From Tubulanus polymorphus (lineage: Eukaryota; Animalia; Nemertea), in NCBI RefSeq assembly GCF_964204645.1, contig NC_134027.1, forward strand, positions 23,274,560 to 23,338,559: a DNA stretch of 64,000 bases, in the 5' to 3' direction. The stretch's first letter is position 1; the number at the start of each line of letters is the position of its first letter. A program made the translations under genes and the position numbers. This document shows, in pieces, positions 12,501 through 25,200 of this stretch. Below the pieces are notes generated by a model. The model searched no databases. It was given only the letters and a program-made list of their open reading frames with translations, and was not told the origin of the DNA.

Positions 12501-15500
12501 ACACTCTACACAGGTAGCCTACTACAAAGGCATACGTGAACTAGTCGCCATTAGGCCTATCACACGACGCTGGTCCGGCCGCGTGTTTGTTTCCCCATGC
12601 GTCGTGCTCGTTGAGCATCAGTAAAAATTGGTTATTCAATCGCATTTATCTTTATTTTTCTACGTAATGTTGGTGTTTTACGCAACTATGAACGCAGTCA
12701 ATTCGACCGCATTGTAGTACTATTCCATCAAAGAGTCTTTGATCATCGTGTAACTCCTATCGATGCATAGTAATGAATTTTTGAGCCTTCTAAGATGTTT
12801 CGTATTGCGACCAAAAACGGCCGTTCATCCGGAAAAGCGGAGTTTTTTAAAGCAAATGCGCAAGTCACGGGCTGCTCCGGGGGTTGGTGTGACTACTTAT
12901 TATAGGTCTGTCAAGCGCAACACAGATATCTCCTCGACAAACAGCCTCTAGGCTTGGTATTATAGCTTTCACTCACTGTGAACGACAACTACCAAACTTT
13001 CTCCCGATCTGATCAGAGGATGTGTGTATCAGTGCGTATGAAACATACCCAACTCTAACCGGTGAGCTATTAAGTAGTTTTATGTGCACTACTGGCGCAT
13101 AAACCGTTTTCATTTTTGCTGACGTGGTTTCATCGCTCTGTCTGAAAAATGAACTCGATCGTATGATATTGTCGCTGCGGGTAGGTTGTTTTTTAAAAGG
13201 ATATTGCGGTCGATCGTCCAAGATTTTTTATTCTCGTCATCTCGGTGGCGATGGCAGTAATCACGCCAATCTCACGTGGCGTTCAGCTAAACATATTACC
13301 ATCACATTTATTTGAGGTTTTTTGAGGGAGAGGGAGAAGCGGGAGAGGGAGAGGCCGGTAGAAGATCGGCTGGGAAAGGGAGGGAGAGGAAGAGAGAGAG
13401 GAGAGGCCAGGAGAGGGAGAGAGGAGGGAGAGAGGGCAGAGACCGGGAGAGGGAGAGAGGAGGGAGAGAGGGGAGAAACCGGGTGAGGGAGATATAGGGG
13501 AGAGACCGGGAAATGGAGAGGCTGGGAGAGGGAGAGGCAGAGGGGAATTCGATCCATTCTAATTAATCGTCTGGTTATTTTTAGGAATGTGATCTGCTGT
13601 ATTTACCGGGTCAGCCGTGTGGTTTATTCGATTCTGATTATCAATCGTGGTTGCAGCTTTTAGACGTTACAGAACGCCTGCCGACTTGTCGCGGTTTAGA
13701 AAAATCAGGTATTGGCAGCAGCAATATGCTCTCCCATAGAGTAACCATCACCGGCAGCATATACGCAGGGAATAAGATGGAGTCAGGGGCCCTTTCTTTT
13801 TTGCCTAAATACAATCTTCACACCCTGAAATTTTGCATATCATCATGTAGATGCTCAGAAAATTATCAATTTTTCAAATTTTCTTCTGACTTCTAAAAGA
13901 CATTCTTGATTCTTGGGCCCATCCCTGACCTCTGAAGCGCGCCTGATTGCCAGAGAGGCAAACACGCAACGCTTAGAATTCCTGCACGTTTACACTTTCT
14001 TCACTGTCGTTTCTCAAACTAAGTTGCTGGCTGTTTTGATTTTTGTCAACGGTTCTGCTGTATGATATATATTTCCAGGCGCCTGGTTTGTACCGTGCGA
14101 CAACTGTTCGCGGAGCAGTTCCTGTTATTGGCGTCAGTCCAGGTGGATCTCAAACGGTTGTAAAGACAGACAGATTCCTCGATCGAAATTGAAAGAATGC
14201 TTTGCCTCGAAAAAGGTACATTGTAAGAAAATTGAACTGTACATAATTTTAGGATTCGAGCCTAATCGAGCGCTGTTGTCGTCGGCAATTAGACTGATTA
14301 GTTCCGTAAAATTCAGTTCCGTTGAGGCCTGTCACGTGCGCATATATTCATGAACTTCGAGAATATTAACATTCACCGATATTTGCAGCATTCTCCTCTC
14401 ACAAAACTATGCTTTACCGACGTGTCAAAGCCACTGTCATTTTCCCTTGAAGAAAATGAAACGTATAAAAGAATTTTTTCTTTCAAAGTTTTTACGACTG
14501 ATATATCATTTCATATCGACATAATATCGGGATAGATCACCTAATTCCCAATTTCCAACGCGTTTTTCTAAGAAATGAATTCAATCAAACATTACAATGG
14601 AGGCCTATAGATGCGGGAAGAGAGACTAGAATTAAAAGGTTTTATGTCGGAGAATGTTTTTGTTAAAATCCGTTTTTCTACGAAATTGTCTTTAAGCTTT
14701 TGTTCATCGGAGATTCGACCAATCGAGGTATTATGCACTACATCATGGAACAAATAAACGGCACGCTGACCGAATGGGATAAAACCCACAATATCAAAGT
14801 ATACGACTATCTTAACGACGGTCGAACGTCGACCAGTTTTGCATATTACCCGCAGTTCTGGCTGCCTCAAGACAAGCGACCGGGCCTCGAGAAGGCTCTG
14901 CAACAGCTGGTAAAAAGGTAAAACTATAGCAAGTCTAAAGAGAAATGTCTCGAAGTCTATATGAAAGGGAACAACTATATTTCGATTTACTTTACTTCAC
15001 GCCCGTATCAACAATTTAATGAAATCGCATATTCAAAAAGTGTCCAAATCTCCTAGAACCCTCGGCAGGGATTCGAACCTGATGGTATCGCTGGACTCGG
15101 ATAAGATAAGATAAGATAATTTATTACTCTCCAACCATTTCCATGGTACGTGGAGGAAAAAAAAGATTTTGTTTACAAAAATTTACATATCGAGAGAAAA
15201 ATAAAAAATATTTTTAAAACATAACAAGGGTATTTACAAAATATACAAATACAGTGTACTATTTACAATTGACAGACTACAGGAGGGATCTATATACATC
15301 TAAACCATCTTTTATAAATCGGCCACGGCACGAAACCCTGCCACACTAGACCGTGTGTGCAGCAGGTAAATCCGCACGTAAACTAGCTGCACCAATCAGA
15401 TTGTATAATCGCTGAGACAGGATTCACATCACCTAAGCTGCTACGCATTCAGGTATCGCAGGCTTTCGTTCGAGTCTCGATGTCATCAGGTTCGAATCCC

Positions 15501-17371
15501 TGCCGCGGGAGGTATGGAATAAATAGATCACTATTTCAAGATCAAATTGTCATAACAAAAATGGGAGGTCGGCTCTAATATCGTCGAAATATCATTATAT
15601 TCCTAGGCAATCCAATGATAGAATATGATTAAACCTAAATTCTTGGTTTTTGTTTTGTTCATAGAAGTGTCCCTCTTCATAACGACTCGCGTACAGTGTT
15701 CGTGATCGGCGGAGTCCAGTGGTTAGCTATGCATCATCTAAATCTACTACGTTCAACTCTAAACAGGTATTAAATCGATATCGTATCTCTCTATCTCATT
15801 GATCGTTTGTACTTTACTTCACCTGATGTCGAGATTATGAAAACGTAGCGATTTCGATCTCCTTTGCGATTCAGCTTTTCGTATCGCCTGGAAAGCGAAT
15901 ACTTCTATTCTATATATTATGGCATCGGTGCCGAGCAAAAGCGATTGCAATTTATTTTTTTTGTAAAATAAAACTAATCGGGCCGGTCTGAGCGATGATA
16001 GCGCACGTTCCGACGCGAAAAGATTAATTTCCATCGTGTAACGTAGCTATTCCAATCAGCCACAAAGTATTCGCGTTACAGTTTTTCGTTTCATATTTCC
16101 GTTATTAAAGAGCTTAAAGAATTTGATTGACAATATTTTAAGACGTTCGCGCGACGCGACGTATATCGGCTTTCTTAATTAATCGTTATATCCAACACGG
16201 CTCTTGACCAAATCACTATACGCGTTCATATTGAGATTTTCTCTAACTTCTGGTCGAGTTACTGAAAGTTTTGACACTCAGCGATGAATAGGTTGTCATG
16301 ATTATTTGAGGTCAATAATAACGTAGTAATTTTTCGAATGTCTGGTATCGGTGAGAAGGCCCCGCGAACGATAAAACGTTCAACGGACACGGAGCGAAAA
16401 CACGCAGAACGTTCTCGACTACACAAAACGTTTTTCGCAAATCAAGCAGTGTTTGAATCGTGAAAAACGTTTTTTGCTCGCGAAAAACGATTTTCTGTTC
16501 GGCGTTTTGTGTTTTGACTCCCCCGCACACGGCATAACAAACAACATGACATAACATTTTTTCACGAGGAAAAAAACGTATTTTCGGTGCCGTGTGCGGC
16601 GGGCTTATGTAGCTATTTATAATTTTACTGAATCGTTGAAGTCAATGAGAATGAAAGGTTTTGATTACAAATTGGTCGAGCCGTTACTGATCTTTTTAGA
16701 ACATTAGGAAGGAGAAGATCGCCGTATTGTAACTAATCATAATTTTACTGGATTGTTAAAATCATGGAGGAATTTAAAAAGTGCTAATCATAATCTTAAT
16801 GAATCTCCAAATCATTGAGAATGATAAGGTTGCCTTTAACGACAAGTCGTAAGTTTACTGAATCTTTGAAGTCACTTGGAGTCGTTATTAGTAATGATCA
16901 AAATTTTGCTTAATCGATAAGTCATCGAGAGTGAGAAGATTGTCATGAGTAACTTATCACAATTTCGCTGAACTCATTTGGAATGAGAAGGTTTTCATAT
17001 TTTACTGAATTTATGTTTGAGAAATATGAATATTTAATATCATCATTGCCTACGCGTATAGGGTTGGTCTTTCTGGTGCTAAATTAGTGATCAAGTCACA
17101 CGGAGCCGGGTTCCATCAACCTGTGAACGGTATGCGAACGATCAGCGTAGTAAGTATATGAATGAATGAATGAATGAATGAATGAATGAATGAATGAATG
17201 AATGAATGCTTTATTCTCTCTAAATACAAATAATTAATATACACACATAAATACAATTTGAGAAAAGGACATCTCCAAGCCGGGGGCTGTACCATAAGGG
17301 GAGATGCCCTGTAACTATTATATAATAATAATGAATACTATAGTAATGAAGTTATGATAACAATCATAACA

Positions 17372-17456
<85 letters not shown>

Positions 17457-20400
17457 TAATAATCCATTGCTTAATCCATCTTTACCGATTATACTATCAC
17501 TATCGACGACATTTTACAGGGCGACTTTCAAACTTTACATTCCTTAAATCAAGATCTGTTGAACCACGGTCGTAGACTAGGATATAACATCGTAGACACT
17601 TACGGTATCACTATGGCCAGATACAAAGATTTCATGCAAGGAAAATGCGCGTGTCACTTTCATAAGGTACGTGTACAAGGTCGTTATTGATTTCGGTGAT
17701 AGATTACTTTAGTGTTTATATACACTGCTACATTCAAGGGGTTCTGTGTGAGGCGCTGTGCACTGCGTCATCAATATCAGCGTTTCGAAATAATAATCAC
17801 AATAAACCATTTTACAGTTGCTAGCCGCCATTTTGTTAGGGTACTTATGTCCCGTATTGTTGGGTCATTTTTTTCTCTTTTTTAAAAACTATCCGTGATG
17901 CGTGTTGTATCATATTTCATCTGTCCATGGATGGATTTTGACAACTTCAGCAACATTCAAACCGCGTGAATCTCTAGTATCAGTAATGTAAAAATCATTT
18001 CTCAAATTTACAACAATGCGACATGAGAGCAATATAAAAATCGGTGGTCAGTTTTTGCCGTGCGCATAGAAATCAAGGGTACTGAACTTTGAAGTTCGTT
18101 ATTTTCAGAAATAATTTTCTAAAAAATCCAAGCATTTCAAGAACTGTGCGCATAAATGCCCCCTTTCAGGTGAACTTTGAAATTTTAAGATATCTTGCCT
18201 AGTTTTTTTCCTATGGCACTTTAACTGCAGCGCGTGTATTGTCATTCCGAGATTCGGCGCTGTTTTCTTTGCGTGTATTTCAGTATATGGGCGTTATTTT
18301 TTCATTTTTACTACACTTGTCTCTACGGAAAATGGTTTTAATTGTTGGTACGAGTATCAGGTTTTAATATTACGGCATTAATACTGTATTCCGTTCTCCG
18401 GCGCTAGTTCGTAATGGCTGTATTGGTAGCCGCTTTTACAGCAGGCAGAGGCTTACGTACATGCACCCAAGAAAACCCAAAATATCACTCTTTTGTTGTA
18501 AATGCAATCCACACACTTCTTGCGTTTTTGTGATGGTAGATGTCACTTTTTACTTTTTATCACCGGTGTCTGACATTAGGACTTGATACTTGATATGTCA
18601 CCACCAAAACAAGAAAACGTTTTCCTATATTTTCTTCCCAATCTAATCAATCTTGTGTGTACTTAATAGAAAGTATTCATAGAAAGTAGCTGAATATTTG
18701 CCCCAATCCATTTGTCCAGCTTTTTGACCACTTCTCCATCCATCTAATTTCAGTAGATTTTTATGTAAATTTATTGATAGACTACTGATTTAAATGGTCA
18801 TCATACTCGATTTTGTGTGTTATATTTCTTTTCTTCTTCCATCTCAATATAGGCCCATATATTCTCTTCCCGCGCGCAACTTCGAATACGTGATCAAAAT
18901 GCCGTTCAGTCTCGCTGCTAAAACTGGTAAAAAAATCCCTTTAACTCCAACATCTCTAATGTCTTCGATCTATTATATTGCATAAATGACGTAATATTAA
19001 AACCTGATACTCGTACCAACAATTAAAACCATTTTCCGTAGAGACAAGTGTAGTAAAAGTGAAAAAATAACACCCATATACTGAAATACACGCAAAGAAA
19101 ACAGCGCCGAATCTCGGAATGACAATACACGCGCTGCAGTTAAAGTGCCATAGAAAAAAAACTAGGCAAGATATCTTAAAATTTCAAAGTTCACCTGAAA
19201 GGGGGCATTTATGCGCACAGTTCTTGAAATGCTAGGATTTTTTAGAAAATTATTTCTGAAAATAACGAACTTCAAAGTTCAGTACCCTGGATTTCTATGC
19301 GCACGGCAAAAACTGACCACCGATTTTTATATCGCTCTCATGTCGCATTGTTGTAAATTTGAGAAATTATTTTTACATAACTGAAAACTAGAGATTCACG
19401 CAGTTTGAATGTTGCTGAAGTTGTCAAAATCCATCCATGGACAGATGAAATATGATACAACACGCATCACGGACAGTTTTTAAAAGATAGAAAAAAATGA
19501 CCCAACAATACGGGACAAAAGTACCCTAACAAAATGGCGGCTAGCAACTGTAAAATGGTTTATTGTGAATTTTGCATTTATTTTGTAATCAAATACATTT
19601 CACGACTTTTGTTATCTATTCAATAAATTTCCATGTATTTTCAATAATAAATTTTGAGTGTATGCGCCCTTCGTAATAGATATTGCGGGTAGCCTTGTTG
19701 GACTGGTAGCCGGTCAATTCAATTCAAAATAACTTTTTGATATTATATAATATCATCCATTGTCGATGACCATGTATTGACTTGATAATATTGCGCGGTG
19801 TTATATTTCTTATATTTTTCTTTAGTTTTCTTGTTGAATTTCCATCCATATAAGGCATTCGTGTGTTGGGCTAGGTCCGATTCGGGGTGTGGGGCATTTG
19901 TCAAAGCATTTGTCTGACAGTCGTTGCGAAATGGTTGCCTCTTATGACAACAATGAATGGATTGGATAATTTCGCGGTCGTATTTTCTTGAGAGAAAAAG
20001 CCTATAATACAGTTCATTGATAGCCCAGGCCCGTTCCGTGCTTTTTAGGTGCAGTTCTTTTAAGAAGAAAGGGACACTTTTTACGACGAAAAGGGGCAAT
20101 TTTTGAAAAAGGGCAGATCTTGAACACGGGTGCCGTAATAAACCTTTTGAGAATGGATCATTTTCAATTACCATTAAAATGAAAATTGTATCTAAGCTTT
20201 GAAAAATCAAATTTCCTGAATTTTTGAAGGGTACCTTGAAAACTTAAGGGGGTTCGTTCGCTACCCCGAATCCCGAATCCCCCTTCCCCTCTGCACGGGC
20301 CTGATAGCCGATTGATGTTATAGGGGAATTAAGAAGACCGGTATATCTAATCTTTATGTAAAGTTGCTTAGATCGTTTTTCTTATTGCAGATCGTTGAGA

Positions 20401-20498
20401 ACAGTAACTCGAGTACGCGTCTCTTCCACGTGGACGGTGACATTAACGCTATCTACAGCGAAATGATCGTAAATCGTATTTGCGATTGGCCGAGCTAA
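3033..20498 (+). CDS. CPED1: Cadherin-like and PC-esterase domain-containing protein 1 orthologue, 3' part (5' exons unresolved)
   Basis: GT-AG exons with consistent phases: 3033-3290, 12032-12203, 13585-13708, 14079-14215, 14697-14917, 15665-15766, 17062-17149, 17520-17666, 20391-20498 (TAA). Translation has motifs I recall from CPED1: LNPVFDPQKTDY, NYTLGLGANRI, AWFVPC, LLFIGDSTNRGIM, YYPQFWL, VIGGVQWL, VDTYGITMARYKDFMQGKCACHFH, HVDGDINAIYSEMIVNRIC. A possible extra upstream exon at 2737-2788 is phase-compatible but low confidence. Confidence 0.92.
3305..3770. repeat. CT-rich low-complexity tract with internal degenerate repeats
   Basis: Pyrimidine-rich; cttccgtat..atgcggtatccat and caaaatacc occur twice. 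Similar sequence at about 4050-4312 and 10702-10810 flanks the LTR insertion. Confidence 0.7.
4317..4934 (+). repeat. 5' LTR
   Basis: TGTGACAGT...TAGTGACA; contains tatatata (about 4752-4760) and AATAAA (about 4825). Confidence 0.97.
4937..4958 (+). promoter_or_regulatory. Primer-binding site complementary to a tRNA-Ala 3' end
   Basis: TGGTGGAGAA(cctg)GCGGGCAT 2 nt after the 5' LTR; TGGTGGAG is the complement of ...CTCCA-CCA of tRNA-Ala. Confidence 0.8.
5230..6195 (+). CDS. gag: Gag polyprotein of the LTR element
   Basis: Starts MPVETRSG; capsid-like PPQFTG...W and RKQLPGESLDVY segments; CCHC zinc knuckle CGRCNRVGHHERNC. Confidence 0.93.
   Translation: MPVETRSGMDRALADRLAEMTAKIDDKPMGMTRLQPPQFTGTVSEDANIWWRRFTQYSTFMGWTNEKKLKAVGLFLDGLASAWYWTVVEASKSKDATVKTTANSILSDIDNFEREFKKKFDSGSMKWVREQSLMNRKQLPGESLDVYLQDIQIRSAALEKNDHDLMVLFINGLADNLRAFVVSRSPKTMDEAEQYARLYESVLALQAKPPPIAGIIPSTENRNEISDLRDEIRNLSREVSRLQVQVRRQDNNLPPRNFRSASGSVVCGRCNRVGHHERNCFRQNGSYRPDRRFNNSNNNFGNRSNDNPNRFRPGNNPRPGF
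6168..8957 (+). CDS. pol: Pol (aspartic protease, reverse transcriptase, RNase H; no integrase), probably expressed by -1 frameshift
   Basis: Frame is open from the G GGA AAC site at 6168; LVDTGA (6381), ILGVDFL, SPCILVKKKD..YRFVVDFRALN, YLDD, TDAS, EKECLAV, TDHSAL, ADALSR. No HHCC or DDE follows. Confidence 0.93.
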   Translation, partial: GKQPQARILGDDSEPLEIKSPSHCGKSKLIKNEIFPGFNSSTNDQTINSIPILATVALAVPGKIHGNSTSFLVDTGACVSCISQSLYDSLNEKPPLIPGKYANAHTVKGDSFRLAGIVELTIEVSGKPFSHEFYVVPGLVQDIILGVDFLEKYKVLISFEDKRIFIKGETSVAINGIHNMCGAVKLKVMTDLSIPKLSQVILPVKLCESLPDGTTGMIEGYPGLLHKYHDQLLVGKSLCTVTANTVPMLVLNCTDDDIIIHSDQKLAFFLPQFGDKGKPAFDICSGNNGESKVDSSNQIVTVNGLEIKQTAKPFLSADELQGSPDIDLEDSDLTDVQKSELMNLCMEFRDVFANNIREIGRTNLITPKIEIEGPPIKSRPYRLAPVLETELEKQLDDMMEMKLIEESSSEWSSPCILVKKKDSTYRFVVDFRALNSRMRKDHYPLPLIDSLLSKLGQKKPVIYSSLDLFSGFHQIEIDPQSRDYTSFITPRGLYRYTVLPMGCSISPAVFSRLMSRVLHRLTYDICLVYLDDIICFGSSWQNHLDNLRRIFERLRQAGLRLKSRKCEFGKKELKFLGHIVTPEGVKVDPEKISAVVNYKAPKTVKQIRSFVGLVSYYRAFVKGFSEIIRPLTALTQKGKPFNWTEECQQAFEKCKQILTTAPVLAYPNFNEKFILYTDASNYSVGFVLSQGKDPERVICYGTRLFNKAEQNYTVSEKECLAVVYGVKKYEPYLYGQKFEVVTDHSALKWLMTMKDPNGRLARWAMKLSQYDFDIVHRAGKKHLNADALSRPVYSIPTIIGSNEDGYPFQIEIGGKMNEKTNDCKTCTCDFQCGCVDDIIDINNKGFSLSFESPPDAYNARDDARVMITYNNNELSAEDILMSNSSNENDCKAVVNAGRDTDTLYPMGINKNEEEINETEIGINENVQGG
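10084..10701 (+). repeat. 3' LTR
   Basis: Matches the 5' LTR except gaacGtt vs gaacTtt; preceded by the purine tract gcggaaggggggtata. Confidence 0.97.
11575..11646 (-). tRNA. tRNA-Ala(CGC)
   Basis: GGGGGTGTAGCTCAGTGGTAGAGCGCTCGCTTCGCATGCGAGAAGCCCCGGGTTCGAACCCCGGCTCCTCCA; intact A/B boxes, G3:U70, one U6-U67 acceptor-stem mismatch; T-run downstream. Confidence 0.88.
11736..11807 (-). tRNA. tRNA-Ala(CGC)
   Basis: GGGGGTGTAGCTCAGTGGTAGAGCGCTCGCTTCGCATGCGAGAGGCCCCGGGTTCGAACCCCGGCACCTCCA; fully paired acceptor stem, G3:U70, T-run terminator downstream. Confidence 0.95.
13325..13545. repeat. GA-rich low-complexity tract
   Basis: Repeated gagggagaga / gagaccggg units in a CPED1 intron. Confidence 0.85.
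16620..17012. repeat. Degenerate minisatellite, roughly 50-60 bp period
   Basis: Recurrent (aa)ttttactgaatc...gtcat(t)gagaatgagaagg units. Confidence 0.6.
17157..17207. repeat. (ATGA)n microsatellite
   Basis: Direct reading. Confidence 0.93.
17378..17463. repeat. (AAT)n microsatellite
   Basis: Direct reading; gives the poly-Ile ORF. Confidence 0.93.
17797..19568. mobile_element. Non-autonomous foldback-like element with about 580-bp inverted repeats
   Basis: 17797-about 18374 (tcacaataaaccattttacagttgctagccgcc...caggttttaatattacg) is the near-perfect reverse complement of about 18990-19568; non-coding spacer of about 600 bp; no clear TSD. Confidence 0.82.
20026..20303. mobile_element. Short MITE with CAGGCCCGT terminal inverted repeats
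   Basis: caggcccgt ... acgggcctg flanked on both sides by ATAGCC. Confidence 0.7.
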
Positions 20499-22229
20499 CA
20501 TATAACAGCTCCAGTAGCCCGCTCCGTAAACTAGGAACCGATTGAGTCTGTATAGTGTATCTATCGGTGCTTACGTTTTGTTGACAGAAGACTCCTCCGA
20601 ACTCGGCGCCGATCCAGCCAGCCGGAAAAATCTTAGCAGAAAATCGAGATTTTGTCCCAGTAGCGGGAAGAGGTGTCGGCATTCCGTTATAAAGCTGTTC
20701 TGTGCATAAAAGTCTTCTTAATCACTCAACCTTGATGCAACTTGTTAATGATAAAGGAACTTATGATGAATGCAACATTGATTTGAAGATGCGAAATGTA
20801 ACATATAATTTATGTACATTATTTGTATTTAAATCAGCTCATTTTACATACAACGCCCTTTCTCAGTATTTACACTGATATCATAAATAATGTATTAGGG
20901 GTGCTGGGTATTCCGCATAAACCCTACTATGCTTTAACAGTGTGTCCATCATACATATTATAAGGAGTATATATCACCTTGGCAAATATAGCTGATACAA
21001 CCCGGTGCGTTTGTCAGACGCCCTATTCGAATAGAACAAAGTGATTTGGTCGTCGAATACAGTAAATTAGGACAGGATTGCGGGTCGAAGCAGTCTTACA
21101 GCCGTTACACTAGCGATAGGAACTAAAAGCACGATCTACAAAAATGTGTACGGTCGTCTCCGTTTTCTCTTTTCGACAAATTAAAACTATTTCGAACAAA
21201 TATCACCACTATCACACACGACCACGATGGTTAGGTTTTCTTTTCTATGGTTTCGGTCGGTTTTTCTACGGTTTCGGTTGGAGACGGCGATTGCGACTTG
21301 TAGCCCTGGTGGTGAAACGTGGAACTAAAAGTCAACGGAAGAAGCAACTGGTAATTTTCAAAATGTCAAAATTGCTATATCATAGAGTTACAATTTCCTC
21401 CACCAGGGTTACAATATGCCAGTTCCCACCTTCGATTATATCGCTTAGAATATACCCGCAGTCAAATAGAAAATGATTGCGCAATTCCGGCGATACCCGG
21501 CGAGGTTAATATATTCAACTGGTTAATTTCAGACAACGAAGAAACCCGGACAAAAGAAAACAGTTACGACCGTTTGTAGTTTGTGGTAAGGGGCACATTT
21601 ACAAAAAGCTTAACTCGATCTTATCCGCGAAGATAGAAAGTTTTAAACTCTACACTTTTTAAAACTGCAGTGCCATTGGGTGAAATAAATAAGACCCCGA
21701 TCACTAAAACCAGACACTTATAGTTATAGCTGCGTAATTGCGATATAATAATTGCCATATTAAGCAATGTTTTGCCATCAATTATCATCGTGTGTTTGTT
21801 CATGAAAAGTATATTCAATTAAAAGTAATTTTGTTTGTTATTCTGTTTTCTTTTTGCCGTTATCTAAAAGCTTGTTTCTCTCCAAAGTGTTCCAAAGTGG
21901 CGCGTTGGACTAAAATTAATTTCCCTTTGGAGTTGAATGTTGAATGTTGAATGGAGTTGAATGAGTTATAGTACATGTACCATGAAACAGAACATATTCA
22001 GAATCAATTCGTGGCTGTGCTGTCCTGAGGGCAATTGAACAGTCATAGATGTGCCACCAGTTTACAAGACATCACTTACTTCTATCCAATCTATACTAAC
22101 GGATTGAGCATAGTCTTAGAATTTAAGACAGCTTTTGGACTTTACGCCACGACTGTGCAACTGTATCTATATACACATTACTCATCAACCATGATTAATA
22201 CAATGCTATACCACATCCGTCGGTGTAGA

Positions 22230-25200
22230 CTAAAAACTAGCGATTCCCAAACGACTGGCGGCGTTCAAACAAATAACAGACACATTCATGAATCCTATTT
22301 CTTCGGTTTCGTCATTTTTGTCCAGCACTGGATGAGAAAGAGAGAGAGATAAACCTCGCAATTGTAAGCTATAGAATCGAAAATTTTAAAACAACTGGTT
22401 CATGCAAACAGCGGGCTAAGATAGAACTGTATATGGCCGAACTCAGTTCCGCGATCAAATAGGAGAGTTATCGTTCTATTTCCAAGTCCAGTGAAACTGG
22501 GCGACAACAAATTGAACTAAATGGATAAATTGTCCTACACCCCTTGTATTTGAATGTCGGAGGGCAGAGAAACCCTTAAAAAGGCAGTTGCCTAGAATCA
22601 GACACCGATATAACGATATGTAGGCCTTAACATCAACTCCGTAGGGCCTGCAACAAAATGCTTGTAAGTTCCAAGCGAAGGAATTTCAATACAGAAAGAA
22701 TTTTTTCTAAAGGCACGAGCAAACACAAATTAAGAGCATTTTTACCAAAGTACGGTAAGTTAAGAGCTAGGTAACACTTCGTAAAAATGAGAGATTAAGG
22801 TTCTTAAAGTAATGACCGCCTACATAATTGGTTTTTTCCAAACACTTACCGCGAAGATTAGTCTTAACCAAGTCCTCTCTCGATGCGACGATATCTGGGA
22901 AATTGACGTAAGCGACACCTATATCTTCGCATTCTTTATCGTTATCCAACGGATCGCTGACAACTGTGAACCGAATTCTGCATTGTGAGTTTCAAAAGAA
23001 AGAATGGATTGGTAAATATCTCTAATTGATTTTTGGAAATGATGAACGTGGCCCTTTTTCAATCTAGCAGTTTGGCTGCCTGCGGATTCCATATTCTAAA
23101 TCATAAATCAATCGAGGGACTCTGGGTTGGATAAATCGCAACGGCTTCCGTAGAATTCTACAGATCACGCGGATTGTCGTCGAGGGATTCTGCATCTGAG
23201 GAGGGTTACCTACCTGCCTTCTTCTGGACGCTTCGGTCGCGCTAATGCAGACAATAGCATTACCCTCGTGGCGTATTGTTCGGCATCAATACAAAATTCT
23301 GAAATATAGAATGTAGAAATAATTATATTAACAGATGCAACAAATAACAAGGCGGTTAGGAAAATTTGCGTTTCGAAATGTGCTTTCTTCCTATCTAGTC
23401 AACACGCGGGATCATCAACTTAGAGGACTTCTACATCAACATCTACCCGAGAAAAAAAAAACCACAATAAACTATCGGACTATTTACACGTAGAAAACGA
23501 CCAAAAAAATATAAAAATGGACAAAATGATCTTGTAATTAGCTATTTCCAGAATCTCATTGTATTAAATTAGGCAGCCAGAAAAATTCATCCCAATCAGT
23601 CGCTTGCCGGTTCAGACTGAATGGGAGATTGTTTGGATGAACCGGAACCGAATTTCCAATTATGTACTTCGATTTTAAAATATTCTGTTAACTCGACCGC
23701 CGATCACACATCTATATCTGTACTTCGATTTCCGATTTCAAAATCAAACTGTTTTGCTCCCGGCAGGTGTGGTGGGTCTGTAAGGGACACTCAATCGAAA
23801 AATCAAACAAAATTTACCAGCCAAATAAATAAATAATGGGGACAATCCCTATTTTAAGATCAAAGAACTATTTCGGTTTGGATATTACAGGGTGTTTGTC
23901 TCATACTATACATAAAGAACTGCCTGTCATTTTCAAACCGCTTGAGACAAATCAGCAAAATCTTCAGGAGAGATGTAATAAAGATAAATAGTATTGGAAT
24001 ATTGATCAGTTTCTTTTTATCATAGACCGTTTTTTAATCTAGCTGTTCAATGAATTTCACATTCATGTTTTAGATGTTTTTATACTATAATCGAAACGAA
24101 ATGAATTGAATACCCGCGTAAAACTGCGCGCGGATATCGGGAAACATATACAGAGTTTCCTCGAGTACAAACCTCGATGGTAGTCGAGTCTAATGATTTT
24201 ATTCGGCTTAATCGCACACGCGGAAGCCGCCGTTTCTAGCTGGTCTAACGGTAGGTCTAAAAACGGAAAGAACTCGACGAATATTCGCTCGGTCGCGGCG
24301 GCAGACGACTCGCGACGATGCCGGCGAAATATCGACGCTTTTTTATTCAGGATGACGCAATGAACGCTTATTAGAATGGAAGGAGCATTCTGAAATGAAA
24401 ACAAGAAAACTAACTTAAACGTTTTTTGACGTATTGAATTTTAGTAACCTACATTTGCGTGGTAACTGGCTGGGGGTTACCACGCTACTATACTGTATAC
24501 TTGTCTCATGCACGGTTAGCAAAATAAACACTTACCTTTTTTTGATCTCGGGAAGTGGATTCGCTTCGAACCATCACGTTCCCCGGACCGGTACAGCGAT
24601 CTATAATTTGAATTAATAAGTTTTCGGTCGGAATGAGATTGAAGTAAAGAAGAAATTGTTAATAAAATTGTCACCTTCAGTTTTCTTGTGCGCGATGACT
24701 ATTTTTTCAACCGTATCTGGAAATATAGAACGAAATATCAATCCAATCTATATTGCAATTGCCGTCTTTCAATGAGAAAATCTAGTGCTTGCGACCAATT
24801 ATTGATATATTTTGAAAATTCGAGGTTTTCTGGTCGATTAAACCGACTTTGAAAGAAAAGAAAGTAAAGCGAAAAGAAAAGTAAAAAAGAAAAAATGACA
24901 TCGTATGAAAAGCGGTTAGAAATGCAACCCTTCATGAAGTTTCAAACTGCTGTCTTTACCCGGCCCCATCAAAATAACCTATCAATATCTTAACAAAAAC
25001 TGATCACCAATACTTCACCAGGTCTCCTATCCGGAGCATCTTAATTTCTCTGAAGCTTAATTTTTCTCGGGCATCTTTTTTCACCTGACCCCACGAACAA
25101 AGATATTGTTCACCGTGCGTGGTGGAATGATATCATACAGACTTCGCCTGTCAAACGGTATTGCTCCGAGGGTATCAGATATGGGCGGCAGATGAGAGAT

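Noticed and set aside
21020-21325. Exon-like minus-strand segments downstream of the Death-C2 gene
   Set aside because: Exon 22327-22230 completes the C2 domain and has a stop; these segments give no recognisable protein.
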